26,067 bases of DNA from Helicobacteraceae bacterium. GTDB taxonomy: Bacteria; Campylobacterota; Campylobacteria; Campylobacterales; SZUA-545. The DNA lies in assembly GCA_003250175.1 (NCBI GenBank), contig QKHD01000365.1, positions 1 to 26,067 of the forward strand. Reading direction: 5' to 3'. Every line of letters begins with the position of its first letter. The first letter of the stretch is position 1. A program made the translations under genes and the position numbers. The notes beneath the pieces are model-generated. The model saw only the letters and a program-made list of their open reading frames with translations. It ran no database searches and was not told the origin of the DNA. Positions 16,243-25,107 of the stretch are shown here, piece by piece.

Positions 16243-16473
16243 ATTGCTTGCTCCCAATATTTTGATATTTAATGATCAAATACTAACAATCTTTTGATAA
16301 TAACTAGGTTAAATATGTAAATATATTGGTAATAATTTGGCGACAATATAAAAATTTTGTGAGTGGTGGGAAGTAATGTAACAGTTGAAGAAAGAGGAGG
16401 GCGCGTTGGAGATGAAAGCAGCCCTTTAAACAAGCGAAAATGAAGGGAAAGTTTTTTTTATGATTAAGGATTG

Positions 16474-16479
16474 TATAAT
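16474..16479 (+). promoter_or_regulatory. -10 box (TATAAT) for the cvpA-fur-lysS-glyA operon
   Basis: TATAAT 33 nt upstream of the ATG, with an upstream T-tract (16452-16459) typical of Campylobacterota sigma70 promoters. Confidence 0.6.
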
Positions 16480-16512
16480 CTAGCCACTATTTACTTGACG
16501 AAAGAAGTGTAT

Positions 16513-17160
16513 ATGGATATGAATTTACTGGATATCGTCGTCCTGGCCCTGGTGGCCCTTCTGGGGCTAAAGGGTCTGGTCCGCGGGCTCATCAAGGAGG
16601 TTTTCGGCCTGGTGAGTATCGTCGGCGGTGTCTTTTTCGCCTCCCGTTTTGCCGACGAACTGGGCGGGTATATCCATACGGTCTTTTTTCCCATTGAAAA
16701 CGACGGGGTCAAATCCCTGGTCGGATTCGTCATTCTTTTTGCCCTGATCTGGGCAGGGATTCAGCTGCTGGGGACGGTGCTGGCCAAGATGGTCAAGGTC
16801 TCCGGACTCGGCTTTTTGGACAAACTGGGCGGCATGGCCGTCGGCTCGGCCAAGATTTTTCTTGTTTTTTCCATTATCGCCTACGGCTTCGGCAGCGTCG
16901 CCTTTGTCAAGGAGATGGTGAAGGAAAAGATGAGCAACAGCTTTATGTTTCCGATCCTCTTTAACACCGGTTCTTACATCGTCAGCATTGACTCCCTGCG
17001 CCTGAAAGAGGCCAAGGATCAGGTCACACAGCAGACCGAAGCGGTGATTAACGGTGCGGTCAATGCCCAGATCGACAAGAGCATCAAGGAGCTGGCGGGT
17101 AACGCCACCCTTCCTGATGCCAACCTTTCCCAATCCATCAAAGGAGGCGGCGGTGAATAA
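16513..17160 (+). CDS. cvpA: CvpA / colicin V production family membrane protein
   Basis: LLDIVVLALV.LLGLKGLVRGLIKEVFGL...SGLGFLDKLGG..G.AK. Start at 16513 or 16519. Confidence 0.9.
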   Translation: MDMNLLDIVVLALVALLGLKGLVRGLIKEVFGLVSIVGGVFFASRFADELGGYIHTVFFPIENDGVKSLVGFVILFALIWAGIQLLGTVLAKMVKVSGLGFLDKLGGMAVGSAKIFLVFSIIAYGFGSVAFVKEMVKEKMSNSFMFPILFNTGSYIVSIDSLRLKEAKDQVTQQTEAVINGAVNAQIDKSIKELAGNATLPDANLSQSIKGGGGE

Positions 17161-17608
17161 GGCGGTTGATTACGAAACCTATCTGGACCAGTTCAAAGAG
17201 GTCCTCAGAAAAAACAACCTCAAATACACCAAGCAGCGCGAGACCATTCTCGACGCCATCTACCACTACGACACCCACTTCTCTCCGGAGAGCCTGCACA
17301 AGAAAATCCAGGAACTCAGCGAAGAGAAGATCGGGATCGCCACGGTCTACCGGACCCTCTCCCTGCTCGAACACGAAGGGATGGTCACCTCCATCTCCTT
17401 CGGCGTCAACGGCAAAAAGTACGAATTCGGGGAGAAAGAGCACCACGACCACATGATCTGCGACCAGTGCGGCACGATCATCGAGTTTCATGACGAGCAG
17501 ATCGAAAAGCTTCAGGAAAAAGTTGCCAAAAGCCACAACTTCAAAACCACCGACCACATCATGCAGATTCACGGAATCTGTGCCGAGTGCCAAGCGAAAG
17601 GGAAATAA
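17153..17608 (+). CDS. fur: Ferric uptake regulator
   Basis: GTG 17153 after [46 protein letters not shown]. cvpA-fur-lysS synteny. Confidence 0.92.
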   Translation: MNKAVDYETYLDQFKEVLRKNNLKYTKQRETILDAIYHYDTHFSPESLHKKIQELSEEKIGIATVYRTLSLLEHEGMVTSISFGVNGKKYEFGEKEHHDHMICDQCGTIIEFHDEQIEKLQEKVAKSHNFKTTDHIMQIHGICAECQAKGK

Positions 17609-17616
17609 TTTTTATA

Positions 17617-19140
17617 ATGTTCGACAATACCTACGTACAACAACGAATCGAAAAAGCAGAGCAGCTGCGCGAACTGGGGCTTAACCCCTACGACAACCGA
17701 AGCGAGCGGGACACCACCATCGCCCAGTACAACGAGACCTTCGCCTACGTGGCGGACCTGGACGAGAACAAGCGCGACGAGAGCAAGATCGCCTGTGTCA
17801 GCGGCCGGATCAAACTGCTGCGCCTCATGGGAAAAGCGGCCTTCGCCAAGATCGAAGACCAAAGCGGCAGCCTGCAGGTCTACTACAGCAAAGACGCCAT
17901 CGGCGAAGAGTGGTTTAACAACGTCAAGAAACTGGTGGAAGTGGGCGACATCATCGAGGTCAAGGGCTTCCCCTTCGTAACCAAAACCGGTGAACTCTCC
18001 CTGCACGTCCAGGAGCTCAAACTCCTGACCAAGTCCATTAAGCCGCTGCCGGAAAAATTCCACGGCCTGACCGATATCGAGCTGCGCTACCGCCAGCGCT
18101 ATCTGGATCTGATTATGAATCCGGAGGCCAAAGCGGTCTTCATGACCCGAAGCCGCGTGGTTACGCTGCTGCGCCGTTTCTTTGAAAGCAAAGGGTTTTT
18201 GGAAGTCGAAACCCCCATGCTGCACCCCATCGCGGGCGGTGCCAATGCACGCCCCTTCATTACCCACCACAACGCCCTGGATGTGGAACGCTACCTCCGG
18301 ATCGCTCCGGAACTCTACCTCAAGCGTCTGATCGTGGGCGGTTTTGAGGCGGTGTTCGAAATCAACCGGAGTTTCCGAAACGAGGGGATGGACCATACCC
18401 ACAACCCCGAGTTTACGATGGTGGAGTTCTACTGGGCGTATCGCACTTACAAGGACCTGATCAACATCACCCAGGAGATGTTTGACATGCTGGTTCGTGA
18501 GCTGAATCTGCCCACGGTACTGCCGTACGATGATATGGAGATCGATCTCTCCTCGCCCTTTGCGACCTACACCTATGATGAGGCGCTGGTAAAAGTGGGC
18601 GGTATCGACGAAGCGGTACTGAAGGATACCAACGCCATGAAAGCCCTGCTTAAAACCAAGGGGATCGAACTCAAAGGCGAGGTCAGCGCCGGCAAGCTCA
18701 AAGCCGAGCTCTTCGACGAATTCGTCGAAGCCAAGCTGATCAACCCGACCTTTGTCACCAAGTTCCCCGTGGAGATCTCTCCCCTGGCACGCCGAAGCGA
18801 CGAAGACCCCAGTCTGACGGACCGCTTCGAGCTGTTTATCGCCGGGAAAGAGTTTGCCAACGGCTTCAGCGAGCTGAACGACCCCATCGATCAGCACGGG
18901 CGTTTTGAGGATCAACTCAAGGCCAAGGCGGGCGGTGATGATGAGGCCCACGAGATGGATGAAGACTACATCAACGCCCTGAGCTACGGGATGGCTCCAA
19001 CAGCCGGACAGGGAATCGGGATCGACCGACTGGTGATGCTGCTGACCAATCAGCAGTCCATCCGCGACGTTCTGCTCTTCCCGGCCATGAAGCCCCTGCA
19101 CAACCAATCCAATGAAAACGAAAAGGAAAACGAGCAATGA
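17617..19140 (+). CDS. lysS: Lysyl-tRNA synthetase (class II)
   Basis: OB-fold ([16 protein letters not shown]), [34 protein letters not shown]. Start MFDN at 17617. Confidence 0.97.
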   Translation: MFDNTYVQQRIEKAEQLRELGLNPYDNRSERDTTIAQYNETFAYVADLDENKRDESKIACVSGRIKLLRLMGKAAFAKIEDQSGSLQVYYSKDAIGEEWFNNVKKLVEVGDIIEVKGFPFVTKTGELSLHVQELKLLTKSIKPLPEKFHGLTDIELRYRQRYLDLIMNPEAKAVFMTRSRVVTLLRRFFESKGFLEVETPMLHPIAGGANARPFITHHNALDVERYLRIAPELYLKRLIVGGFEAVFEINRSFRNEGMDHTHNPEFTMVEFYWAYRTYKDLINITQEMFDMLVRELNLPTVLPYDDMEIDLSSPFATYTYDEALVKVGGIDEAVLKDTNAMKALLKTKGIELKGEVSAGKLKAELFDEFVEAKLINPTFVTKFPVEISPLARRSDEDPSLTDRFELFIAGKEFANGFSELNDPIDQHGRFEDQLKAKAGGDDEAHEMDEDYINALSYGMAPTAGQGIGIDRLVMLLTNQQSIRDVLLFPAMKPLHNQSNENEKENEQ

Positions 19141-20384
19141 CCTACCTTCAACAAGAAGATAAAGCGGTTTTTGACATTATCGAAAAGGAGCTCGATCGCC
19201 AGCTTCACCACCTGGAGATGATCGCCAGCGAGAACTTCACCTTCCCGGCTGTAATGGAAGCCATGGGTTCCGTATTTACCAACAAATACGCCGAAGGGTA
19301 TCCGGCCAAACGTTACTACGGCGGCTGTGAATTTGCCGACCAGGTGGAGCAACTGGCCATCGACCGTCTCTGTGCGCTGTTTGACTGCAAATTTGCCAAC
19401 GTCCAGCCCCACTCCGGATCCAGCGCCAATGCGGCGGTCTATACTGCGCTGCTCAAACCCTACGACAAAATCCTGGGTATGGACCTCTCCAACGGCGGTC
19501 ACCTGACCCACGGTGCGAAGGTGAGCTTCTCCGGACAGAATTATGAAAGCTTCTCCTACGGTGTCGATGAAAACGGCCTGATCAACTACGATAAAGTAGC
19601 CGAGATCGCCAAGATCGTTCAGCCCAAAATCATCGTCTGCGGTGCCAGTGCATACTCCCGTACGATTGATTTCAAACGGTTCCGCGAAATCGCCGACAGC
19701 GTCGGTGCGATTCTGTTCGCCGACATCGCCCACATCGCCGGTCTGGTCGTGGCGGGTGAACACCCCAGCCCCTTCCCCTATGCGGATGTGGTCAGCAGCA
19801 CCACCCACAAGACCCTTCGCGGACCACGCGGCGGTATCATCATGACCAACAACGAAGAGATCGCCCAGAAGATTAACAAGTCCATCTTCCCCGGTATGCA
19901 GGGTGGCCCACTGGTGCACGTCATCGCCGGTAAAGCAGTCGGTTTCCACTACAACGCCCAGCCCGCATGGAAAGAGTACGCCAAGCAGGTCAAAGCCAAC
20001 ATTAAGGTTCTGGCAGACGTTCTGATTGCCCGCGGTTATGACATCGTCAGCGGCGGTACGGACAACCACTTGATTCTGGTCTCCTTCATCAACAAGCCCT
20101 TCTCCGGAAAAGACGCCGACCTGGCCCTGGGCAACGCCGGTATCACCGTGAACAAAAACACCGTTCCGGGCGAACACCGCAGTCCGTTTGTCACCAGCGG
20201 GATCCGAATCGGTTCTCCGGCGCTGACCGCGCGGGGTATGAAGGAAGCGGAGTTTAAGATAATTGGTGAAAAAATAGCCGATGTTCTCGACGATATCGAA
20301 AACACCGAGCTGCAAAAGAAGATTGCCGCCGAGCTCAAAGCCCTGGCCAGCAACTTCATCATGTACGAAAAATCGATTTATTAA
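19137..20384 (+). CDS. glyA: Serine hydroxymethyltransferase
   Basis: [50 protein letters not shown]. Confidence 0.97.
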   Translation: MTYLQQEDKAVFDIIEKELDRQLHHLEMIASENFTFPAVMEAMGSVFTNKYAEGYPAKRYYGGCEFADQVEQLAIDRLCALFDCKFANVQPHSGSSANAAVYTALLKPYDKILGMDLSNGGHLTHGAKVSFSGQNYESFSYGVDENGLINYDKVAEIAKIVQPKIIVCGASAYSRTIDFKRFREIADSVGAILFADIAHIAGLVVAGEHPSPFPYADVVSSTTHKTLRGPRGGIIMTNNEEIAQKINKSIFPGMQGGPLVHVIAGKAVGFHYNAQPAWKEYAKQVKANIKVLADVLIARGYDIVSGGTDNHLILVSFINKPFSGKDADLALGNAGITVNKNTVPGEHRSPFVTSGIRIGSPALTARGMKEAEFKIIGEKIADVLDDIENTELQKKIAAELKALASNFIMYEKSIY

Positions 20385-20411
20385 GAAACAACCAAAGGGA
20401 CAGGATAAGGT

Positions 20412-20954
20412 ATGTACAACGTCGATATCAAGCTGATTAAAATGATCACCAGCCACTACTGGCAGCAGACCGATGCAACGGAACGCGTCAGTTTTAAGGG
20501 CAAGACGCTGTACAACAAGTTCGAGAAGGTGGACAAGATGCTCACCTCCTCGGTCATGAGCGACCATGCCGACGGCAAGATTACCGTCGCCCACTCGCTG
20601 ATCCGTCCCGGCGACAAGGTGGAGAATATCGTTTTTGACTACAACGGCCGTGATCCGGAGCGTTTTTACCACCGGGCGCAGCTGATGCTCCGCGAAGAGG
20701 GGTTTATCAACTTCACCGCCTACAATACCAAAACGCCCGGCCATCTGCATCTCTATGTCCATAAAGGGCATACAACCCTGCAGGAGGGTTATCAGATCGC
20801 CAAGCTGCTTTCGGCCAAGCTGCAGCAAAAGATGCCCACCATGCAGTGGCGCATGTTTCCCAATCCGGACCTGCCGCCGGAGTTTAATATCCTGGTGCTG
20901 CCCTATGAGGTGTACGCCAAGGAACGCGGGGCCAGCTGGTCCAAGCATATGTAG
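20412..20954 (+). CDS. DUF1882 family protein (Campylobacterota Cj0403/HP0184-like)
   Basis: [43 protein letters not shown], in the conserved position between glyA and the SPOR gene. Confidence 0.85.
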   Translation: MYNVDIKLIKMITSHYWQQTDATERVSFKGKTLYNKFEKVDKMLTSSVMSDHADGKITVAHSLIRPGDKVENIVFDYNGRDPERFYHRAQLMLREEGFINFTAYNTKTPGHLHLYVHKGHTTLQEGYQIAKLLSAKLQQKMPTMQWRMFPNPDLPPEFNILVLPYEVYAKERGASWSKHM

Positions 20955-20980
20955 TCAATCAACCCAACAAAGGTCGAAAC

Positions 20981-21727
20981 ATGGAAGATAAGAACGAACT
21001 GAACGATATCCTGATCAAAAACGGTGAGAAGGGCGGCAACAACCTGAAAAACATCCTTCTCTTTGCCGCGGTGACCCTGCTGGTCTTTTTCATCGGCGTC
21101 CTCGCCTTTAAGATGCTCTCCCAGGAAGAGGCAAAGGAACGTGCCCAGGCCGTATTGCCCGAAGCACCCACCTCTGCGGTAGAGCAGACTTTTGAAAAAG
21201 AGCCCCTGAGTGCCACACCGGCGGATGAAGGGCTGAGTGCCTATAAGGAGATTCTAGAGAAAAACCGACGCAAAAATGCGGAAGCCGAAGCGCCTGCCGA
21301 AGCCCCTGCAGGTGAAGAGAACGTCGTCGCCGATACGGCCCTGCCGGAAGCGACCCCACCGACCCCACCTGTACCGGCGGTAGAAGCTCTGCCAGAACCG
21401 GAAGCTGCTCCGGAAATCAAGACCGAGCCCAAGCCTTCCGTTTTGGATGAGAGCAAAAAGGACAAACCGGCCCCCAAGCCCCAGGCGAAAAAAGAGAAGC
21501 ACTACTACATTCAGGTAGCGGCGCTGAGCCAGTTTGATCCGAACAAGAAATTCCTGGCCACCATTACGGACAACAAGTATCAGTACACCATTGTCAAGCG
21601 TACCGTCAACGGTCTGAGCTACAAGCGGGTCTATATCGGACCGTTCGCCAGCAGCAAAGAGGCCGAAGCGGAACTGCCCAAGGTGAAAGAAAAAATTACG
21701 CCCAAAGCCTTCGTGGTCAAGGATTAA
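20981..21727 (+). CDS. SPOR-domain cell-division protein (DedD/FtsN-like)
   Basis: Short cytoplasmic N-terminus, one TM, Pro/Glu/Ala-rich linker, C-terminal YYIQVAA...RVYIGPF.S..EA...L..VK...AFVV. Confidence 0.9.
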   Translation: MEDKNELNDILIKNGEKGGNNLKNILLFAAVTLLVFFIGVLAFKMLSQEEAKERAQAVLPEAPTSAVEQTFEKEPLSATPADEGLSAYKEILEKNRRKNAEAEAPAEAPAGEENVVADTALPEATPPTPPVPAVEALPEPEAAPEIKTEPKPSVLDESKKDKPAPKPQAKKEKHYYIQVAALSQFDPNKKFLATITDNKYQYTIVKRTVNGLSYKRVYIGPFASSKEAEAELPKVKEKITPKAFVVKD

Positions 21728-21734
21728 TATCTCG

Positions 21735-23153
21735 ATGATTCATCACAAAAAGATCTTTATCGATCAGTTCACGCCCATCGCCCAGTACCATAAACTCAAG
21801 CAGGCCTTTCCCCAGGAAACGGCCCTGCTCTTTGAAAGCGTGGTCAACAACGACCGGGGCAACTTCAGCTACATTGTCATCGGTGCGAGAGAAAAGCTCT
21901 GGCACCAGGACGGTGTGAGCTACCATCAGGATGAAAACGGCGTTGTTTCGACCGTCGACGCCAACCCCCTGCAGTTTCTCAAAACCTACTACCAACAGAT
22001 CGACCAGGAAGCCTACGACGACCTGGCAAAAAGTATCGAAGTGGGCTTCGTGGACGGTTTTATCGGCTACATCGGCTACGATATGGTCAAGGAGTTTGAA
22101 CCCTCCTTGAAACGCAGCATGGAAGGGCTCGATGACGCTGCCCATGTTCCCGATCTGGAGCTGATCCGGCCCAAGCTGATTGTGGCCTTTTCCCACAAGA
22201 CCTCGACCCTGACGCTCATCAGCTCCATGAAAGAGATGGAAGAGCGGTTTGACAGCATCGAAACGCTGCTCACCTCCAGCTACGACTTTCTGCCCCTCAA
22301 GGCGGCGGTCAAGCTGGGTGAAGGGCAGTTCAGTTTTGACAAAGAGCAGTTTTTCGACCTGATTGCCAAGTCCAAAGAGATGATCAAAAGCGGGGATGTC
22401 TTCCAGATTCTGATGTCCAACCGTTTCGTGCAGCCGGCCAAGGTAGACCGCCTCAGCTTTTACCGCGTTGTCCGGAGTAAAAATCCTTCGCCCTATCTTT
22501 TTTTGCTGGAGTTTGACGAGTTTGCCATTGCGGGGAGCTCTCCGGAGGTTATGGTTCAGCTCATCGACGGACGCATTCTGCTGCGACCCATCGCCGGAAC
22601 CCGCAAGCGGGGTAAAACTCCGGCGCAGGATAAGGCTATGGAAGAGGAGATGACCGCCGACGCCAAGGAGATCGCCGAGCACGTCATGCTGGTCGATCTT
22701 GGCCGCAACGACGTGGGCCGTGTCGCCAAACCGGGAACGGTCAAGGTGGATGAGATCATGCGGGTTGAACGCTACTCCCACGTTATGCACATGGTGAGCG
22801 ACGTGACTGCGACGATCGATGAGAAGTACGACATGTTCGACCTTTTCATGGCGACCTTCACCGCCGGGACCATGACCGGAGCGCCTAAAGTACGTGCCAT
22901 GGAGCTGATTGCCGAGTTGGAGCAGCTCAAGCGCGGCTTTTATAGCGGCTCCATCGTGCACTTTGGCTTCAATGGCAACATGGACAGCGCCATCACCATC
23001 CGCTCCGCTCTCATTCAGGAAGATCAGATCATCTTCCATGCCGGAGCCGGGGTGGTTGCCGACAGCAAGCCCGAGCTCGAGTTTATTGAAGTAAAAAACA
23101 AACTGGCCGCCAACATCGCTAGCTTTCAGGATCTTTTGGACATCGAGGACTAA
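21735..23153 (+). CDS. trpE: Anthranilate synthase component I
   Basis: NPSPYLF, SSPE, RPIAGT (TrpE-type; PabB has PIKGT), MLVDLGRND, HVMHMVS, TGAPK. No adjacent trpG. Confidence 0.85.
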   Translation: MIHHKKIFIDQFTPIAQYHKLKQAFPQETALLFESVVNNDRGNFSYIVIGAREKLWHQDGVSYHQDENGVVSTVDANPLQFLKTYYQQIDQEAYDDLAKSIEVGFVDGFIGYIGYDMVKEFEPSLKRSMEGLDDAAHVPDLELIRPKLIVAFSHKTSTLTLISSMKEMEERFDSIETLLTSSYDFLPLKAAVKLGEGQFSFDKEQFFDLIAKSKEMIKSGDVFQILMSNRFVQPAKVDRLSFYRVVRSKNPSPYLFLLEFDEFAIAGSSPEVMVQLIDGRILLRPIAGTRKRGKTPAQDKAMEEEMTADAKEIAEHVMLVDLGRNDVGRVAKPGTVKVDEIMRVERYSHVMHMVSDVTATIDEKYDMFDLFMATFTAGTMTGAPKVRAMELIAELEQLKRGFYSGSIVHFGFNGNMDSAITIRSALIQEDQIIFHAGAGVVADSKPELEFIEVKNKLAANIASFQDLLDIED

Positions 23154-23945
23154 ATGCGTCTATTCGCCATCTACGGAAATCCGGTCGCCCACTCCAAGTC
23201 GCCCCGTCTGCACAACGCCACCTTCTCCACCCTGGGGATGACGGATTGTGCCTACACCCGCTTTTTGCTGGCAGAGGGCAGCGGGCTGGTGGCCCATTTC
23301 CGTCAGATGGAGCTCTCCGGAGCCAATGTGACGGTTCCTTTCAAGGAAGAGGCCTTCATGCAGTGCGACGAAGTACGCGGTCTGGCCAAGGAGATCGGTG
23401 CCGTCAATACGTTGGTAAAAGAGGGCAATAAAGTCATCGGTTACAACACCGATTGCAGCGGCTTCATGGAATCAATCCGGGAGTTTGAAGGGGTGGAGAG
23501 CATCCTCATCCTGGGCGCGGGGGGAACGGCCCGCGCCGTCGCTCTGGCTCTCAAGGAAGCGGGCAAGTCGGTCTGCCTGATCAACCGCAGCGACAAACGC
23601 CTGGAATTTTTTAAAGCCCAGGGGTTTGAAACCGCCACCTGGGATCACTTCACTCCGAGGGCCTTCGACCTGGTGGTCAATACCACCAGCGCCGGGCTCA
23701 GCGACAACTCCCTTCCCGCTCCGGTCGACCTGCTTAATCAGCTTCTGCCCCAAGCCAAGTACGCCTACGACGTCATCTACGGGAAAGAGCCGCCCTTTTT
23801 GGAGATGGCCATGCGCTACGGGCTGATTATGAAAGACGGCAAAGACATGCTGGTCGCCCAGGCGGTCCACGCCTTCATGCACTTTACCGGTCTGGAAAAT
23901 CACGACCGTATTTTGAAGATTATGGAGAAAACAATCGAGTTATGA
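23154..23945 (+). CDS. aroE: Shikimate dehydrogenase
   Basis: GNPVAHSKSP, GANVTVPFKE, GAVNT, GYNTD, LGAGGTARA, VNTTSAG. Confidence 0.95.
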   Translation: MRLFAIYGNPVAHSKSPRLHNATFSTLGMTDCAYTRFLLAEGSGLVAHFRQMELSGANVTVPFKEEAFMQCDEVRGLAKEIGAVNTLVKEGNKVIGYNTDCSGFMESIREFEGVESILILGAGGTARAVALALKEAGKSVCLINRSDKRLEFFKAQGFETATWDHFTPRAFDLVVNTTSAGLSDNSLPAPVDLLNQLLPQAKYAYDVIYGKEPPFLEMAMRYGLIMKDGKDMLVAQAVHAFMHFTGLENHDRILKIMEKTIEL

Positions 23946-25099
23946 CAGAGATTTTAGACGAATACCGCTACCTATTTGCCCACCTGAACGAACAGATCAT
24001 CTGGGCCGAGTGGATCGGCGCGATCGTTTTTATTCTTTTCTTTATTCGATTCCGCAATTTGGTAACCCGCTGGGTTTTTGGTATTTTGGAGTTTATCGCC
24101 GGAAAGACCAAGACAAATCTGGATAATCGTATTCTTGCCAACAGCAAAGAGGCCATGGCCTACATGGTCGGTCTCTTCGGCTTTTACGGCGGGGTTTCCA
24201 TTCTAACCCTATCGACTTCGCAACAGGCGGTTGCCTCCCATCTCATTGCTACCCTCTTTTATGTCGGATTTGCCTGGTTCTTGTTTATTTTAGTGGACAT
24301 CTTCGCCATGGAGATCAGCCGCACCCTCTCCGGAAGCCGGAAAAAAGTTCGTGGGGAGATGGTCAACTTTATTATCAAGTTCCTCAAATCGATTGTTGTT
24401 TTAGCTCTTTTGATTGGGGTGCTGGACGAGTGGGAATACAATGTCTCCGCCATTATCGCCTCTTTGGGGATCGGTGGTTTGGCCTTCGCGTTGGCGGCCA
24501 AGGATACCATCGCCAACCTATTTGGCAGCATGATGATCCTCTGGGACAAGCCCTTCGAACACGGCAACTGGATCGATGCGGCGGGCACAGAAGGGACGGT
24601 CGTGGAGATCGGCCTGCGTTCGACCACGATCCGTACCTTTGCCAACGCCCTGGTGACGGTACCCAACTCCAAGCTGGCCAATGAGACCATTACCAATTGG
24701 TCCAAGCGGCGTATCGGCCGCCAGATCAAGATGCAGATCGGGGTGCGTTACGACTCCAAACCCAGTGACATTAAAAACGCCATCGAGGCAATTCGGAGCT
24801 ATCTGCTCCACCACGAAGGTATCTCCAAGGAGATTGATCTGGAAGACAACAACCCGCTTATCTCCCGCAACGACTACGAGGGCAACAAGGACACGCTCCT
24901 GGTGCATCTGGACAGTTTCGGGGAGAGCAGTATCAACATTCTGATCTATTGTTTCAGCGTGACGGTCAACTGGTTTGAATTCATGGTCCTCAAAGAGGAA
25001 GTCATGTACAAATTCATGGAGATTATCGCCGAAAACAATCTGGATTTCGCCTTCCCGTCCCAAACGATCTATCTGGAACAGCAAGCGCAGACAAAGTAA
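23942..25099 (+). CDS. mscS: Small-conductance mechanosensitive channel family protein
   Basis: ASLGIGGLAFALAAKDTIANLFG, KPF..G.WI, GTVVEIGLRSTTIRTF, VPNS.LAN..I.NWS, FAFPSQT. Confidence 0.92.
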   Translation: MTEILDEYRYLFAHLNEQIIWAEWIGAIVFILFFIRFRNLVTRWVFGILEFIAGKTKTNLDNRILANSKEAMAYMVGLFGFYGGVSILTLSTSQQAVASHLIATLFYVGFAWFLFILVDIFAMEISRTLSGSRKKVRGEMVNFIIKFLKSIVVLALLIGVLDEWEYNVSAIIASLGIGGLAFALAAKDTIANLFGSMMILWDKPFEHGNWIDAAGTEGTVVEIGLRSTTIRTFANALVTVPNSKLANETITNWSKRRIGRQIKMQIGVRYDSKPSDIKNAIEAIRSYLLHHEGISKEIDLEDNNPLISRNDYEGNKDTLLVHLDSFGESSINILIYCFSVTVNWFEFMVLKEEVMYKFMEIIAENNLDFAFPSQTIYLEQQAQTK

Positions 25100-25107
25100 G
25101 GAAACCT

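Noticed and set aside
17569-20948. Very long antisense ORFs (522 aa opposite lysS, 632 aa opposite glyA/DUF1882)
   Set aside because: In-register shadows of genes with C/G-rich third positions, which rarely create antisense stops. No SD or recognisable motifs. The same pattern occurs opposite PepSY, fabF, M16, mqnC and trpE.
21170-21490. Repetitive Pro/Glu/Ala/Lys stretch in the SPOR gene
   Set aside because: Normal low-complexity periplasmic linker; no nucleotide tandem repeat.
23942-24450. Lower GC (about 47% in 24001-24180) in the 5' half of mscS as a possible foreign insert
   Set aside because: Explained by Phe/Ile/Leu-rich TM helices; the frame is intact and a TCCGGA site is present.
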